A DNA stretch of 64,000 nt from Thermodesulfovibrionia bacterium (lineage in GTDB: Bacteria; Nitrospirota; Thermodesulfovibrionia; Thermodesulfovibrionales; SM23-35), in NCBI GenBank assembly GCA_041500225.1, contig JBGQLV010000006.1:8271-72270 (forward strand), given 5' to 3'. Under the pieces are notes generated by a model that worked only from the letters and a program-made list of their open reading frames with translations, did not search any database and was not told the origin of the DNA. Below, piece by piece: positions 1-9,204 of the stretch. The position numbers and the translations under genes are program-made. Within the stretch, counting starts at the first letter, position 1. The number at the start of each line of letters is the position of its first letter.

Positions 1-1
1 C

Positions 2-382
2 CTTTCATCTTCTCGAAAGAGACTTGCGCCTCAGCTTTTTTTCAAGGGTGGAATTCTGCACAGTTGGCAAAAGAAAATCGCCGTTGCATTGAATAAGAGT
101 TTCTTTGCCACTCTACCCAAATTAAAGAAAGTCTCTAAAACCAAAGCAGATATCGCATGGCTGATTTACGACTTGGAACTGATTAAAGAAAAAGGGCATG
201 AGGTGGGAAGATATTTACTGAAGAAGGTGGACGAAGTCTTCACCGAGTTTGAGCCTGCTCTTCTTTCAATAACTACGGCATTACCTGGAAAAGTTGAAGA
301 TTTTATAAAGCTGCTTCAGGAGAAACTCGACGATCAAATTGAGACTCCGCCGATTAACAAGACAATTGAGAAACCATTCTGA
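2..382 (+). CDS. hypothetical protein, C-terminal part (ORF runs off the left edge)
   Basis: Frame 2 has no stop from nt 2 to TGA 380-382, so the TTG at 89 in the ORF track is probably internal. The stop lies 1 nt before the ATG of the methyltransferase gene. No motif recognised. Confidence 0.4.
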   Translation, partial: LSSSRKRLAPQLFFKGGILHSWQKKIAVALNKSFFATLPKLKKVSKTKADIAWLIYDLELIKEKGHEVGRYLLKKVDEVFTEFEPALLSITTALPGKVEDFIKLLQEKLDDQIETPPINKTIEKPF

Positions 383-383
383 A

Positions 384-1349
384 ATGACTACGCACAGCCA
401 ATCTCTGCTATTCCCTGACTTACCCGAAATAATAGCAAGACCTAAGCCGGTGAACGTAGCTTCTGTTCCTCAACGAAGCCCCTTTCGTTATCCCGGAGGC
501 AAGACATGGTTTGTACCTACATTCAGACATTGGACTGCTACCATGTATCCAAAGCCAAAAATCCTTGTTGAACCTTTTGCGGGAGGTGGGATTATTAGCT
601 TGACCGCTCTTTTCGAGAATTTAGTTCAAAAGGCAGTTATGGTTGAACTTGACGACGAAATTGCAGCAGTATGGAAATCCGTAATCAATGGCGACGCTGA
701 ATGGATAGCGAACCGCATCCTTACTTTTGAATTATCCAGGGAAGCAGTCATAAATGAAATCAAAAGACTTCCGCGCACACAAAAAGAAAAAGCATTCCAG
801 ACAATTCTTAAGAATCGAACATTTCATGGTGGCATTCTTGCCGAAGGTTCAGGGTTTCTCAAATACGGCGAGAATGGGAAAGGCATTCATTCCCGCTGGT
901 ATCCTACAACTATAGCGAAACGAATTCTAAATCTAAATACCATTGCTGATAGAATTGACTTCCGTTGTCACGACGGCTTGAAGGTGATGCAGGAATTCGC
1001 TGACAGACATGATACGATTTTCTTTATAGATCCCCCATATACTGCCGGCGGAAAGAAGGCCGGCAAACGATTATATAAACATTATGACCTCGATCATGAG
1101 CACTTGTTTGCAGTGTGTGAGACATTGAAGGGCAATTTTTTAATGACGTATGATAATGCAGAAGAAGTAAAAAAAATGGCCCGAAACCATCGTTTTGAAA
1201 TGCGCCTAGTACCGATGAATAACACACATCATGCAACCATGGAAGAATTGGTAATCGGCAGAGATTTATCATGGATGGACGCTTTTCCCGCAGTGCATGA
1301 GCCCCAAACCGAATATGCGGCACGGACAATAAAGAAAAAAAAGGTGTAA
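384..1349 (+). CDS. N6-adenine DNA methyltransferase, D12/Dam class
   Basis: FRYPGGK near the N-terminus, VEPFAGGG (AdoMet motif I) and FIDPPY (motif IV), in the order typical of Dam/DpnIIA-like enzymes. ATG 384 preferred over the TTG at 339. Target sequence not inferable. Confidence 0.85.
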   Translation: MTTHSQSLLFPDLPEIIARPKPVNVASVPQRSPFRYPGGKTWFVPTFRHWTATMYPKPKILVEPFAGGGIISLTALFENLVQKAVMVELDDEIAAVWKSVINGDAEWIANRILTFELSREAVINEIKRLPRTQKEKAFQTILKNRTFHGGILAEGSGFLKYGENGKGIHSRWYPTTIAKRILNLNTIADRIDFRCHDGLKVMQEFADRHDTIFFIDPPYTAGGKKAGKRLYKHYDLDHEHLFAVCETLKGNFLMTYDNAEEVKKMARNHRFEMRLVPMNNTHHATMEELVIGRDLSWMDAFPAVHEPQTEYAARTIKKKKV

Positions 1350-1841
1350 CAAAAGCATCCAGCCCGACCGGGAATAACCGTTTTTCTTTTTCATTCTGTC
1401 CTTTGTGGTCCGGCGACTGATGCATGTCGTTGCTCATTTCTTCCGGTATCCCTCACAGTTTCATCTTTTTGAAACGAGGTGTACACCGCACTCGTTTTAT
1501 CCTCATGAAGGCGTTTAGAAGTAGGAAAAAGTTACAATATAGAAATTCTAAAGCCCCTCTAAGAGAAAATGGGACGAGAGAGAGAAAAGGGCAGTATAGC
1601 AGGCCATTAATAGGATTTCGGTGAAAATCAGAGAATCTTCATGGAAACAAAAAATTGATCCTGCCCTTGATGAAATGAATTGAGGGCTATGCCCTCAAAA
1701 TTAATTGTGAAACCATTGACTGATGTTATTATATATGGTATATTAGAACCAATATTAAGGCGGAGTTTGTCTCGCATGTGGAAAGATAATTTAGTGATGC
1801 TCTTTTTGAGAAGGATATCGAACGTTATAAAGAGGCTAAAT

Positions 1842-2216
1842 ATGAAAGTCAGGAATCTAAAGATAGCGATAAAAACTGATAAAGAACTATTCAATGAAGT
1901 CAAGGATGTCTGGAAGAAGGCTGAAAGAGGTGAGAAGGTCAAGAAACATGAAGGCATATCATTTGAAAGCATTGAGGAAATGAGAAAGGTTCTCACTGGG
2001 GAGAGATTAAAAATCCTCAAGACAATTAAAAAGGCGCACCCTTCTTCTATCTATGAACTGGCGAAGTTGCTAAAAAGGGATATAAAAAATACCTTTGATG
2101 ATGTTCAATTTCTTGCACAGGCCGGGTTTGTAGAGCTAAAGAAAATAAAAGATGGCAGAGAAAAAACAACCCCGTTGGTAAATTACGATAAAATTCTACT
2201 CGAGATTCCAGTTTAG
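1842..2216 (+). CDS. winged-helix DNA-binding protein (HVO_A0114/TumA-like putative antitoxin or regulator)
   Basis: ATG 1842 is preceded by AGAGG. By manual alignment about 60 percent identical (76 of ~126 positions) to the convergent paralogue at 2463-2843, including HP.SIYELAKLL and the C-terminal VNYDK.LLEIPV. Family name from memory. Confidence 0.6.
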   Translation: MKVRNLKIAIKTDKELFNEVKDVWKKAERGEKVKKHEGISFESIEEMRKVLTGERLKILKTIKKAHPSSIYELAKLLKRDIKNTFDDVQFLAQAGFVELKKIKDGREKTTPLVNYDKILLEIPV

Positions 2217-2282
2217 TCTGAGTTTATCGCAAAGGTTTAACAAGTTAGACAAGAAGACTGAAAATCCTTTAAAATCAATCAT

Positions 2283-2367
2283 GCGAGAGTGGCGGAAATG
2301 GCAGACGCGCTGGACTTAGGATCCAGTGGGTAACTCCGTGGGGGTTCAACTCCCCCCCCTCGCACCA
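2283..2367 (+). tRNA. tRNA-Leu (anticodon UAG)
   Basis: 85-nt cloverleaf. Acceptor GCGAGAG/CCCTCGC (one A-C mismatch); anticodon stem CTGGA/TCCAG with loop CTTAGGA (anticodon TAG); 13-nt variable arm (type II tRNA); T arm GGGGG-TTCAACT-CCCCC; encoded ACCA 3' end. Confidence 0.88.
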
Positions 2368-2462
2368 TAAAGCACATCAACCACTTACGCCAATCCATGT
2401 TATTGAAGTCTTTTAATATCAAGGGTTTATCCCTTGAAGTTAGTTATGCTGTTTCATAAACC

Positions 2463-2843
2463 CTATACTGGTATTTCCAATAGAAGCTTATCATAATTTA
2501 CTATTGGCATTATCTTTTCCCTGCCATTTGATTTGCCCTTTTCGAGTTCTATAAGTCCCAGTTCTGCAAGATAATGGACATCATCTGCAACGTTTTTAAG
2601 ATTTCTGTTAAGCAGTTTTGCAAGCTCGTAAATAGATGCGGGATGCTTTTCCTTGATGACCTTTAGTATTTTCACTCTCTCAGGTGTGATAGCCTTTCTC
2701 ATTATTTCAAGGCTCTCAAAGTATATCCCAGGTCTTCTTTTCCTGACCTTGTCTCCACGTTCAAGCCTTTTCATAACAGACTTTGCACCATTAAGCACTT
2801 CTTCAATGCTCTTAATCCCTATGGTTACATTTTTAACCTTCAT
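2463..2843 (-). CDS. winged-helix DNA-binding protein (HVO_A0114/TumA-like), paralogue of 1842-2216
   Basis: Full-length ORF with an ATG start. Same conserved blocks as 1842-2216. Lies convergent to it across the tRNA-Leu gene. Confidence 0.65.
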   Translation of the reverse strand: MKVKNVTIGIKSIEEVLNGAKSVMKRLERGDKVRKRRPGIYFESLEIMRKAITPERVKILKVIKEKHPASIYELAKLLNRNLKNVADDVHYLAELGLIELEKGKSNGREKIMPIVNYDKLLLEIPV

Positions 2844-2964
2844 CTTTCATCACCTCTCTTAAGTCTTTGTAAAAGTCTTTAAATAGTTTCTCTATGCTCT
2901 CAAATTTATAGGGTATCTCCTTATTTCCGTGATGCCTGTGATCTCCTTTATCTTTAAGAAGTTT
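2833..2964 (-). pseudogene. possible 3' remnant of a TumE/DUF6516-like toxin gene
   Basis: 43 sense codons without a usable start (KLLKDKGDHRHHGNKEIPYKFESIEKLFKDFYKDLREVMKDEG). They end in a TAA that overlaps the ATG of the downstream wHTH gene by 11 nt, which is a typical toxin-antitoxin overlap. Homology is recalled, not tested. Confidence 0.3.
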
Positions 2965-2982
2965 TCATATTATACATAACAA

Positions 2983-3414
2983 CTATGAACCGGCCTTAAT
3001 CTTTTTCTTGATATGCTCCTCAATCATAAAAAGGGTAGTCAGTTCTTCTCCCACAATCCTCTGCACTCTAACAAGCTTTTCATGAGGGATATCCCTGCTG
3101 AGTCTGTGGCATGTAAAGTTAACACAGATGACAGGGCGGGGACTGAGAGAACATCCGTGTTTTGTGAGGAAAGCGCAAAGATCAGGCTCTTGTGTTTGTA
3201 TGTGGATGGATACACCGAGCAGAAGGTTAATCAAAATAAGAACGCTGTCGCATTTATAGCCGGTATGTACGCTGCAGCACGTTCCCTCGCCATTTACTGC
3301 ACAATCAGCACATTCTTGAACTATCCCTGAAGTAACCATTTCATTTTTTGATATTTCTATGTTGCGATCCAATTTTTGTAAAAGGTTCGTGAGCGTAGAA
3401 TCATTACGTAACAC
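2983..3414 (-). CDS. YkgJ/UPF0153-like cysteine-cluster protein
   Basis: CADC-x8-CC, then later C.FL...GC.L.PRPV.C..F.C. This is the pattern of the CxxCxxCC zinc/iron-chelating family (from memory). Confidence 0.55.
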   Translation of the reverse strand: MLRNDSTLTNLLQKLDRNIEISKNEMVTSGIVQECADCAVNGEGTCCSVHTGYKCDSVLILINLLLGVSIHIQTQEPDLCAFLTKHGCSLSPRPVICVNFTCHRLSRDIPHEKLVRVQRIVGEELTTLFMIEEHIKKKIKAGS

Positions 3415-3469
3415 GTGTTCGAAAGACGCATAGAGTTTATAAGCTGAGGCAACTATGTCGGAAATACTT

Positions 3470-4255
3470 CTACTGGAAGGTTCGATTGTGCAAATACTCC
3501 TCGATGCCTGTTTGTGACCTCAATCTCTGATAGATAATGTCAGCTATCTTAAAGAGGTTAACTGTGTCTTCCTTGTTATACATTGTGAGCAAATCCAGTG
3601 CCTCGCTGCTTCCCCTTCTTGCAGACTCCCAGAGCTTTACGGCATCATAACCATTTATGCCCCTGACAGCTTCGTGTCTTTCGATTCCAAGATATGTCTC
3701 AAGCTTCTTAAGTCCATTTTTAAACCCGAGTCTCCTTGAACCAAAGCAGATGTCAAAATGAGGGACATCGAATTTCAAATCAGGCATTGACCTCTTGAGA
3801 AAAGGGATGTCAAAAGCAGAGCCGTAAAATGTTATAAGGTATTTATATCTGGAAAGTTCTTTTTTTAGATTCTCACGAGTAAGGTTCATATCCCTTAAAA
3901 AACATTTGTAGTCATAGCCGTCGTATATGCCGACCATAGTTGTATAGCCTCCGCTCTCAGGCATAAGACCGTTTGTCTCTATGTCTAAGCAGGCTGCTTC
4001 TCCTTTGAAGATATCAAAAAGCCTCCAATGTTCTCTTCTTTTGATAGCGCTTGCGAAATATTCAGCATTGGCATTATCAAGCTCGCTTAAGGCATAAGAC
4101 AGGCATTTATCATAGAAGCTTTTTTTATTATGGTTCATGAAGTTTAAATCCGAAGTATTTATGAAATCATCCCATGTTAATATTCCACTCCTCCAGAGTC
4201 TTTTTTCAAGCCTTTCGCCGATGCCGCTTAAAATGCTGAATGTATTTCTTATCAT
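3470..4255 (-). CDS. RNase H-fold predicted 3'-5' exonuclease (YprB/COG3359-like)
   Basis: LDIETNGL (exonuclease motif I) and ITFYGSAFDIPFL. Length and layout match YprB-type proteins. Confidence 0.65.
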   Translation of the reverse strand: MIRNTFSILSGIGERLEKRLWRSGILTWDDFINTSDLNFMNHNKKSFYDKCLSYALSELDNANAEYFASAIKRREHWRLFDIFKGEAACLDIETNGLMPESGGYTTMVGIYDGYDYKCFLRDMNLTRENLKKELSRYKYLITFYGSAFDIPFLKRSMPDLKFDVPHFDICFGSRRLGFKNGLKKLETYLGIERHEAVRGINGYDAVKLWESARRGSSEALDLLTMYNKEDTVNLFKIADIIYQRLRSQTGIEEYLHNRTFQ

Positions 4256-4285
4256 GTGCCTTTGTTATTTATAAATTTTTTTTAT

Positions 4286-5980
4286 TTAAGTCTTAGAAAG
4301 ATTTTTAATCTTTTGTAAACCCTCGGCTGCCCTTTCATTAGCCGGGTCGAGTTTTATTGCCTTTTCAAAGGTATTTTTTGCCCTCAGGTTAAAACCAAGC
4401 TGCAGATAAATATAGCCGACCTCAGCCATATAATCAGCGTTAAACGGTTCAATCTTAAGTGCCTTACTTATAGCCTTCTCTGCCTCACCCAATTTTATAT
4501 TTTTCGTTAGTGATAAACCGTGGTAGAAGTGATAAGCTGGTACCGAACTATCGAGATAAGCAGCCTGCCCGAATAACTCTGCTGCCTCAGTATAAGCTCC
4601 TTTTTTGAATGCATCTTTGCCTTCTTTGAACCTGGCCCTTGCTATCTCTAATTTGTTACTTTCAATCTTTGCAGGTCTGTTTGATAAACTACGGTCATAT
4701 TCCCTACGCATCTTTGGGTCAGAGAGGATTTTATATGCATCGGTTATTTGAGAAAAGATCATATTCAATTTGTTCTTGAGGGTCTCAGAGGGCAGATAGA
4801 AATGTTTATCGGGATGGAACTCCTTTGCGACCTTATAATATGCCTTCTTAATCTTATCCATAGTAGCCCATTTCTCGATTCCAAAGATGCCATAGTAGTC
4901 TGTAATTTCAATCCTCTTATAAAGATCTTCAACTTTCTTAATGAAGGCTGAATCTACCTCTATTTCTGGTTCTTTCATTATCTCCTCGTATGTTTTATCT
5001 TCTGTTAAACCTTTTTCCCTGAGTTCGATTATTTTTGTACTGAGCAGGGCATAAAGGGTCTTCATCGTCTGGAAATTATCTAAGGGTGAGATGGAAAGGA
5101 TTTCATGAATATTACGCTTACCATTTATCAGGGAAAGGATATTTTTATCTTTATTGTCGAGGTTTATGTCCTGGAATAAGTTCATCGGGTCAGTAGAATA
5201 ATAGAGTATTGTATCCCCGGGAGGCATAGCATTTTTAATATGTGTAAGGCTATTTATTCTCTTTATTCCACGATATATAAGGTTTGCAGCACTGAGTTTA
5301 AGTGTTATGACCTCGTCTGAAGGGAGGGGGCCTTCTATGAAAATAAATTTACCATCTTCGCACTGAAAGAGGCTCAGGATGATCTCTTCAACCTGATGCC
5401 TTACTATCCAGATGACATCTTCTGGTTTGAGATAGCCGAGTTCAACAAGAGCCACACCCTGACGCTTTCCTGTTTTCTTCATAATATCAACTGATTGGTA
5501 ATACTGGTCAATAGTAAGCCTGCCGGCCTTTAACATAACCTCTCCGAGCCGGTCTTCTTCCTTGTTTGATGTGGCAAAGATCATATCCCCATTTTTCATG
5601 TATATTCTTTTAGATGTAGAACCATTTCTTATCTCGAGTATCCCGTCCTTTTCACTCCTGTGCAGGTCAAGGAAGATGTCAGCGAGCAGATAATGTTTTA
5701 AAAAACCAGAGATTGATCTCCTTTCAATTCCGACCCTGAGGTGCGAATTAACCTTCTCCGACCATACAATCCTGCCATCGATATCCAGGTTGAGGTCTTC
5801 GAGCTTCAAATCAATGACAGAGCCTGGTGTTACAGGTGGTGTATTCTCGATAGATAAGCCGATGCCTCCCAGGGAATAATCAATGGTATTAGCCTGAAAG
5901 GAATTTCCTCCAATTGATAAACGAAATCCTGATTTGAGTCTGTATCTCTTAAATCGCCTTTTGTCTTTACATGATAGCAT
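4286..5980 (-). CDS. PilZ - DUF4388-like - J domain - TPR multidomain protein
   Basis: N-terminal PilZ signatures (RRFKRY, DYSLGGIGL), a central DUF4388-like region, a J domain with HPD (AKEFHPDKH), and C-terminal TPR-like repeats. Confidence 0.75.
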   Translation of the reverse strand: MLSCKDKRRFKRYRLKSGFRLSIGGNSFQANTIDYSLGGIGLSIENTPPVTPGSVIDLKLEDLNLDIDGRIVWSEKVNSHLRVGIERRSISGFLKHYLLADIFLDLHRSEKDGILEIRNGSTSKRIYMKNGDMIFATSNKEEDRLGEVMLKAGRLTIDQYYQSVDIMKKTGKRQGVALVELGYLKPEDVIWIVRHQVEEIILSLFQCEDGKFIFIEGPLPSDEVITLKLSAANLIYRGIKRINSLTHIKNAMPPGDTILYYSTDPMNLFQDINLDNKDKNILSLINGKRNIHEILSISPLDNFQTMKTLYALLSTKIIELREKGLTEDKTYEEIMKEPEIEVDSAFIKKVEDLYKRIEITDYYGIFGIEKWATMDKIKKAYYKVAKEFHPDKHFYLPSETLKNKLNMIFSQITDAYKILSDPKMRREYDRSLSNRPAKIESNKLEIARARFKEGKDAFKKGAYTEAAELFGQAAYLDSSVPAYHFYHGLSLTKNIKLGEAEKAISKALKIEPFNADYMAEVGYIYLQLGFNLRAKNTFEKAIKLDPANERAAEGLQKIKNLSKT

Positions 5981-6034
5981 TGAATAAGTATATTAAACCT
6001 TTGTAATCAAAATCAATGATTGGGCCTACACGTT

Positions 6035-6778
6035 TTACATCATGGTATAAGGAAGGGTGAGTTTAATGACCTGATTTTTTTCTCCGATTTTCCCGATTTC
6101 TTTTCCATCAAACACTAACTTTACCCCTCCAGCATTACCGATTTTTAATGAAAAACTATTTTTTGCTTGCAGTTTGACTGACGCCCCGGGTTTCAACAGC
6201 ATTTCTTTTGAATCGGCATTGTCTATATTTACTAAAAGCCAGGTTGTATCAGTAGCAAGTATCTCAAGGACATGAGGTAAATTTTCCGTTTTTAAAATGT
6301 TTTCTTTTTTAGTCTCGACAGCAGGTGGAGGTATCTTTTTTTTAGTTTCGACGTATGGTGTAGATACATCTTTTTTGGTTTCGGTAGCCGGTAGCGGCAT
6401 CTCTGGTGTTTTCCGTAAGGGTGGGGATAGAATAAATGTGATAGTTATTATTAACAGTACTAATAGTGCTGGAATTAATAAGTACCTGATCTTCAGCTTT
6501 TTTTTAAATGTAATCTCCTTTTCACTATTTTCCATGTATTCATCTTTAGGCGGAGACATTTGTTGATTATAGGCGTTGATGGCAATTTCCGGGTCGATTT
6601 TCAAGAGGTCGGCATATTCGCGAATATAGCCTTTTACGTAAACTTCCACAGGAAGCTTTTTAAAATCATCATCCTCGATTGCCTTGAGGTAGTCGAATCT
6701 TATTTTAAGGGTTTTGGATATTTCCCTGAGATCCTGACCTGATTCTTCGCGTCTCTTCCTTAATATTTCCCCGACCAA
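6035..6778 (-). CDS. rodZ: RodZ-like cytoskeleton/shape protein
   Basis: N-terminal XRE-type HTH (LREISKTLKIRFDYLKAIE), one TM segment (LLIPALLVLLIITITFIL), a repetitive VETKK linker, and a C-terminal DUF4115-like domain. Confidence 0.75.
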   Translation of the reverse strand: MVGEILRKRREESGQDLREISKTLKIRFDYLKAIEDDDFKKLPVEVYVKGYIREYADLLKIDPEIAINAYNQQMSPPKDEYMENSEKEITFKKKLKIRYLLIPALLVLLIITITFILSPPLRKTPEMPLPATETKKDVSTPYVETKKKIPPPAVETKKENILKTENLPHVLEILATDTTWLLVNIDNADSKEMLLKPGASVKLQAKNSFSLKIGNAGGVKLVFDGKEIGKIGEKNQVIKLTLPYTMM

Positions 6779-6879
6779 TGCGCCTCCTTGTCTACAGGTC
6801 GTTTTGACAATAATAACATATATAAAGGCAATAAATCTGAAGAGCGCATTGTAAACACACTATGCTATTATAGCTAACA

Positions 6880-8136
6880 ATGAATCGGGTTGTTGTTACA
6901 GGTATCGGTGCTGTTAGTCCTCTTGGAAATTCATTTAATGAATCCTGGGAGGCAACAAAGGCAGGACTATCAGGCATAGCGCCTGTAGCAAAATTTGATG
7001 TCTCTGATGTAGGTTGGAAAGTCGCAGGTGAATTGAAAGGATTTGATTCAGGGAAATATCTTTCTCTGAAAGAGATAAACCGTCTTGACCCTTTCGTGCA
7101 TTATGCTGTTGCAGCAGCAATGATGGCGGCAGAAGATGCAGGATTGATTTCTTTTAACTCGTCACTCGTCACTCGTCACTCGTCACTCGATATGGGCGGG
7201 GTTATCATTGGTTCAAGCCGCGGTGGAATAAGCACAATAGAAAAAGAATTGCAAAGAAAGTACTTATCAGGTATTTCGCGTCATTCATCAAGAACGTCTG
7301 CCTATCTTATGTCTTCAACAACAATCAGCATGGCCTCGTCTTATGTTGCTCAAAAACTTGGAATAAAAGGCTACTGTCTCGGCATATCCAATGCATGTGC
7401 GTCAGGCACAAGTGCAATAGGTGAAGCATATAGATTAATCAGGTCAGGCTATCAGGGCCCTGTGCTATGTGGTGGTGCTGAGGCTCCTGTATGCAGGCTA
7501 TGTATTGAAGGATATGGTTCATCGGGTGTTTTATCTAAGGTCAATAATTCCTCTGCGAGCAGGCCGTTTGACAGGACAAGGGATGGGTTTGTCCTGTCAG
7601 AAGGGGCGTGTGTCTTTGTTCTGGAAGATTATGGGAATGCATTAAAAAGAGGTGCAAGGATATATGGGGAGATTGTAGGCTATGGGAATACAACAGATGC
7701 ATTTCATCAAACAATGCCATATCCGGAAGGTGAGGCAAAGGCAATAAAGACTGCAATAGATGAGGCAGGATTGAAGCCTGGAGATATTGATTTTATTAAT
7801 GCACATGGTACATCAACACCCTTAGGTGATAAAACAGAGACTGAGGCGATAAAGCTGTCATTTGGCAATAGAGCCTATCATATCCCTGTAACTTCTGTTA
7901 AATCCGTAACAGGCCATATGCTTGCTGCATCCGGTGCCTTTGAGGCAGCTTTTACCTTAATGAGCATGAACGAAGGAATTATCCCGCCTACTATCAACCT
8001 GAAAGAGAGAGACCCTGAATGCGATCTTGACTATGTGACTCAGTTAAGAAGATCCGAGGTTATATTTGCTATTTCTAATTCGTTCGGTTTTGGCGGAGTA
8101 AATGCAGTGCTGGTTTTTAAAAGGCTGAATGTCTGA
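6880..8136 (+). CDS. fabF: 3-oxoacyl-ACP synthase II
   Basis: Starts VVVTGIGAVSPLGN. Catalytic Cys in NACASG, His residues in HQT and NAHGTSTPLGD, and C-terminal SFGFGG. Collinear with E. coli FabF as I recall it. Confidence 0.9.
   Translation: MNRVVVTGIGAVSPLGNSFNESWEATKAGLSGIAPVAKFDVSDVGWKVAGELKGFDSGKYLSLKEINRLDPFVHYAVAAAMMAAEDAGLISFNSSLVTRHSSLDMGGVIIGSSRGGISTIEKELQRKYLSGISRHSSRTSAYLMSSTTISMASSYVAQKLGIKGYCLGISNACASGTSAIGEAYRLIRSGYQGPVLCGGAEAPVCRLCIEGYGSSGVLSKVNNSSASRPFDRTRDGFVLSEGACVFVLEDYGNALKRGARIYGEIVGYGNTTDAFHQTMPYPEGEAKAIKTAIDEAGLKPGDIDFINAHGTSTPLGDKTETEAIKLSFGNRAYHIPVTSVKSVTGHMLAASGAFEAAFTLMSMNEGIIPPTINLKERDPECDLDYVTQLRRSEVIFAISNSFGFGGVNAVLVFKRLNV
7157..7189 (+). repeat. heptanucleotide tandem repeat (ACTCGTC x4.7) inside fabF
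   Basis: ACTCGTC ACTCGTC ACTCGTC ACTCGTC ACTCG read directly. Translated in frame as SLVTRHSSL, in a loop longer than the E. coli counterpart. Confidence 0.95.
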
Positions 8137-9094
8137 ATTCCCTCATTGCCTCATCCTCCGGGGTATCGGTATCGTTTCTGTATTTAGGTGAAAAATGCAT
8201 AACAGCAAGATGTTTAACACCTGCCTCCCTCGCAATCCTTCCGGTAATATTTGCTGTAAGATGAAACCTTTCTAATGCCCTGTCCCTGTCTTTTCCCATA
8301 AAATATGCCTCGCAGTAAAGTGTGTCAGATTCACTTACGAATTCAATAATCTTTTTAATATTTTCATCGGATATTGATACATCGGTAACATAAGAGATCT
8401 TCTGACCCTTTGTTATCTTTGCGATATCTCTAATCCCTTCAAGCTTATATCTCCTGTTAGAGACCACAAGCTCTGTATCTCCTGATCTATGCTCCCTGAT
8501 AGCCTTTTTCAATTCTGAAAGCCAGGGACCGACAGGGAGTCCCATCTCCTTTAAGGAAGCCTTATTAATATTAATATGAAATTCTTCCTCGAGTGAGAAG
8601 GCGAGGCATGGTACCTGATGATCTAACTGGATTGCCTTTATCGTAAATAGAGGCTCTCTCAAGATAATACCGCTGAATTCAGATATCTTACAGTCTATCC
8701 TTTTAAAGCAGTTTTCAGCATGGAAGCTCGATACGATTATCTTATCTCCATTTATGCAATGGACCTCTATCTTCATCGGATATTCCTTTATAAGGTTCCA
8801 TGTGTAGCCTCTGAGCTTGCCTTCTACACAGTCAGTTATATTTGATGGTCCATACACCCTCAAAGGTATCTCCCTCCTTAAAAGTGCCCTGAGAAGAGTA
8901 TCAAATCCTATGAAGTGGTCTATATGTGTATGGGTTACAAAGACATCTGTTATCTTCTGAAGGTCGCCGGGCTTGAGTCTGTGAATACTGCCTATATCGA
9001 ATAAAAATGCCCTTCTTTCCCTCATTATCCTGACAAACAGGGAAGGGTCTTCAAAGGGGCTATTTACAAGACTGTGAATGAATGTAGGTTTCAT
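8117..9094 (-). CDS. MBL-fold metallo-hydrolase (RNase Z/BN-like)
   Basis: HTHIDH (HxHxDH) metal-binding motif about 55 aa from the N-terminus. Size is typical of RNase Z-like proteins. Confidence 0.7.
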   Translation of the reverse strand: MKPTFIHSLVNSPFEDPSLFVRIMRERRAFLFDIGSIHRLKPGDLQKITDVFVTHTHIDHFIGFDTLLRALLRREIPLRVYGPSNITDCVEGKLRGYTWNLIKEYPMKIEVHCINGDKIIVSSFHAENCFKRIDCKISEFSGIILREPLFTIKAIQLDHQVPCLAFSLEEEFHININKASLKEMGLPVGPWLSELKKAIREHRSGDTELVVSNRRYKLEGIRDIAKITKGQKISYVTDVSISDENIKKIIEFVSESDTLYCEAYFMGKDRDRALERFHLTANITGRIAREAGVKHLAVMHFSPKYRNDTDTPEDEAMREFRHSAF

Positions 9095-9204
9095 GAGTGA
9101 TTATATCCTATTGTGATATAATAATACCAAAATCAGCAGCATATAGCGGAGGGCTTAGGGCATAGAGCCTTTACCCTTTGTTAGTGCTGTATAGCGGAGG
9201 TAAT

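Noticed and set aside
339-383. TTG start extending the methyltransferase ORF by 15 codons
   Set aside because: The extension overlaps the end of the upstream ORF. ATG 384 immediately follows that ORF's stop.
1680-1841. In-frame upstream extension of the first wHTH gene, and a possible toxin remnant upstream of it
   Set aside because: ATG 1842 has an RBS and matches the start of the paralogue. The upstream frames gave no convincing toxin-like sequence.
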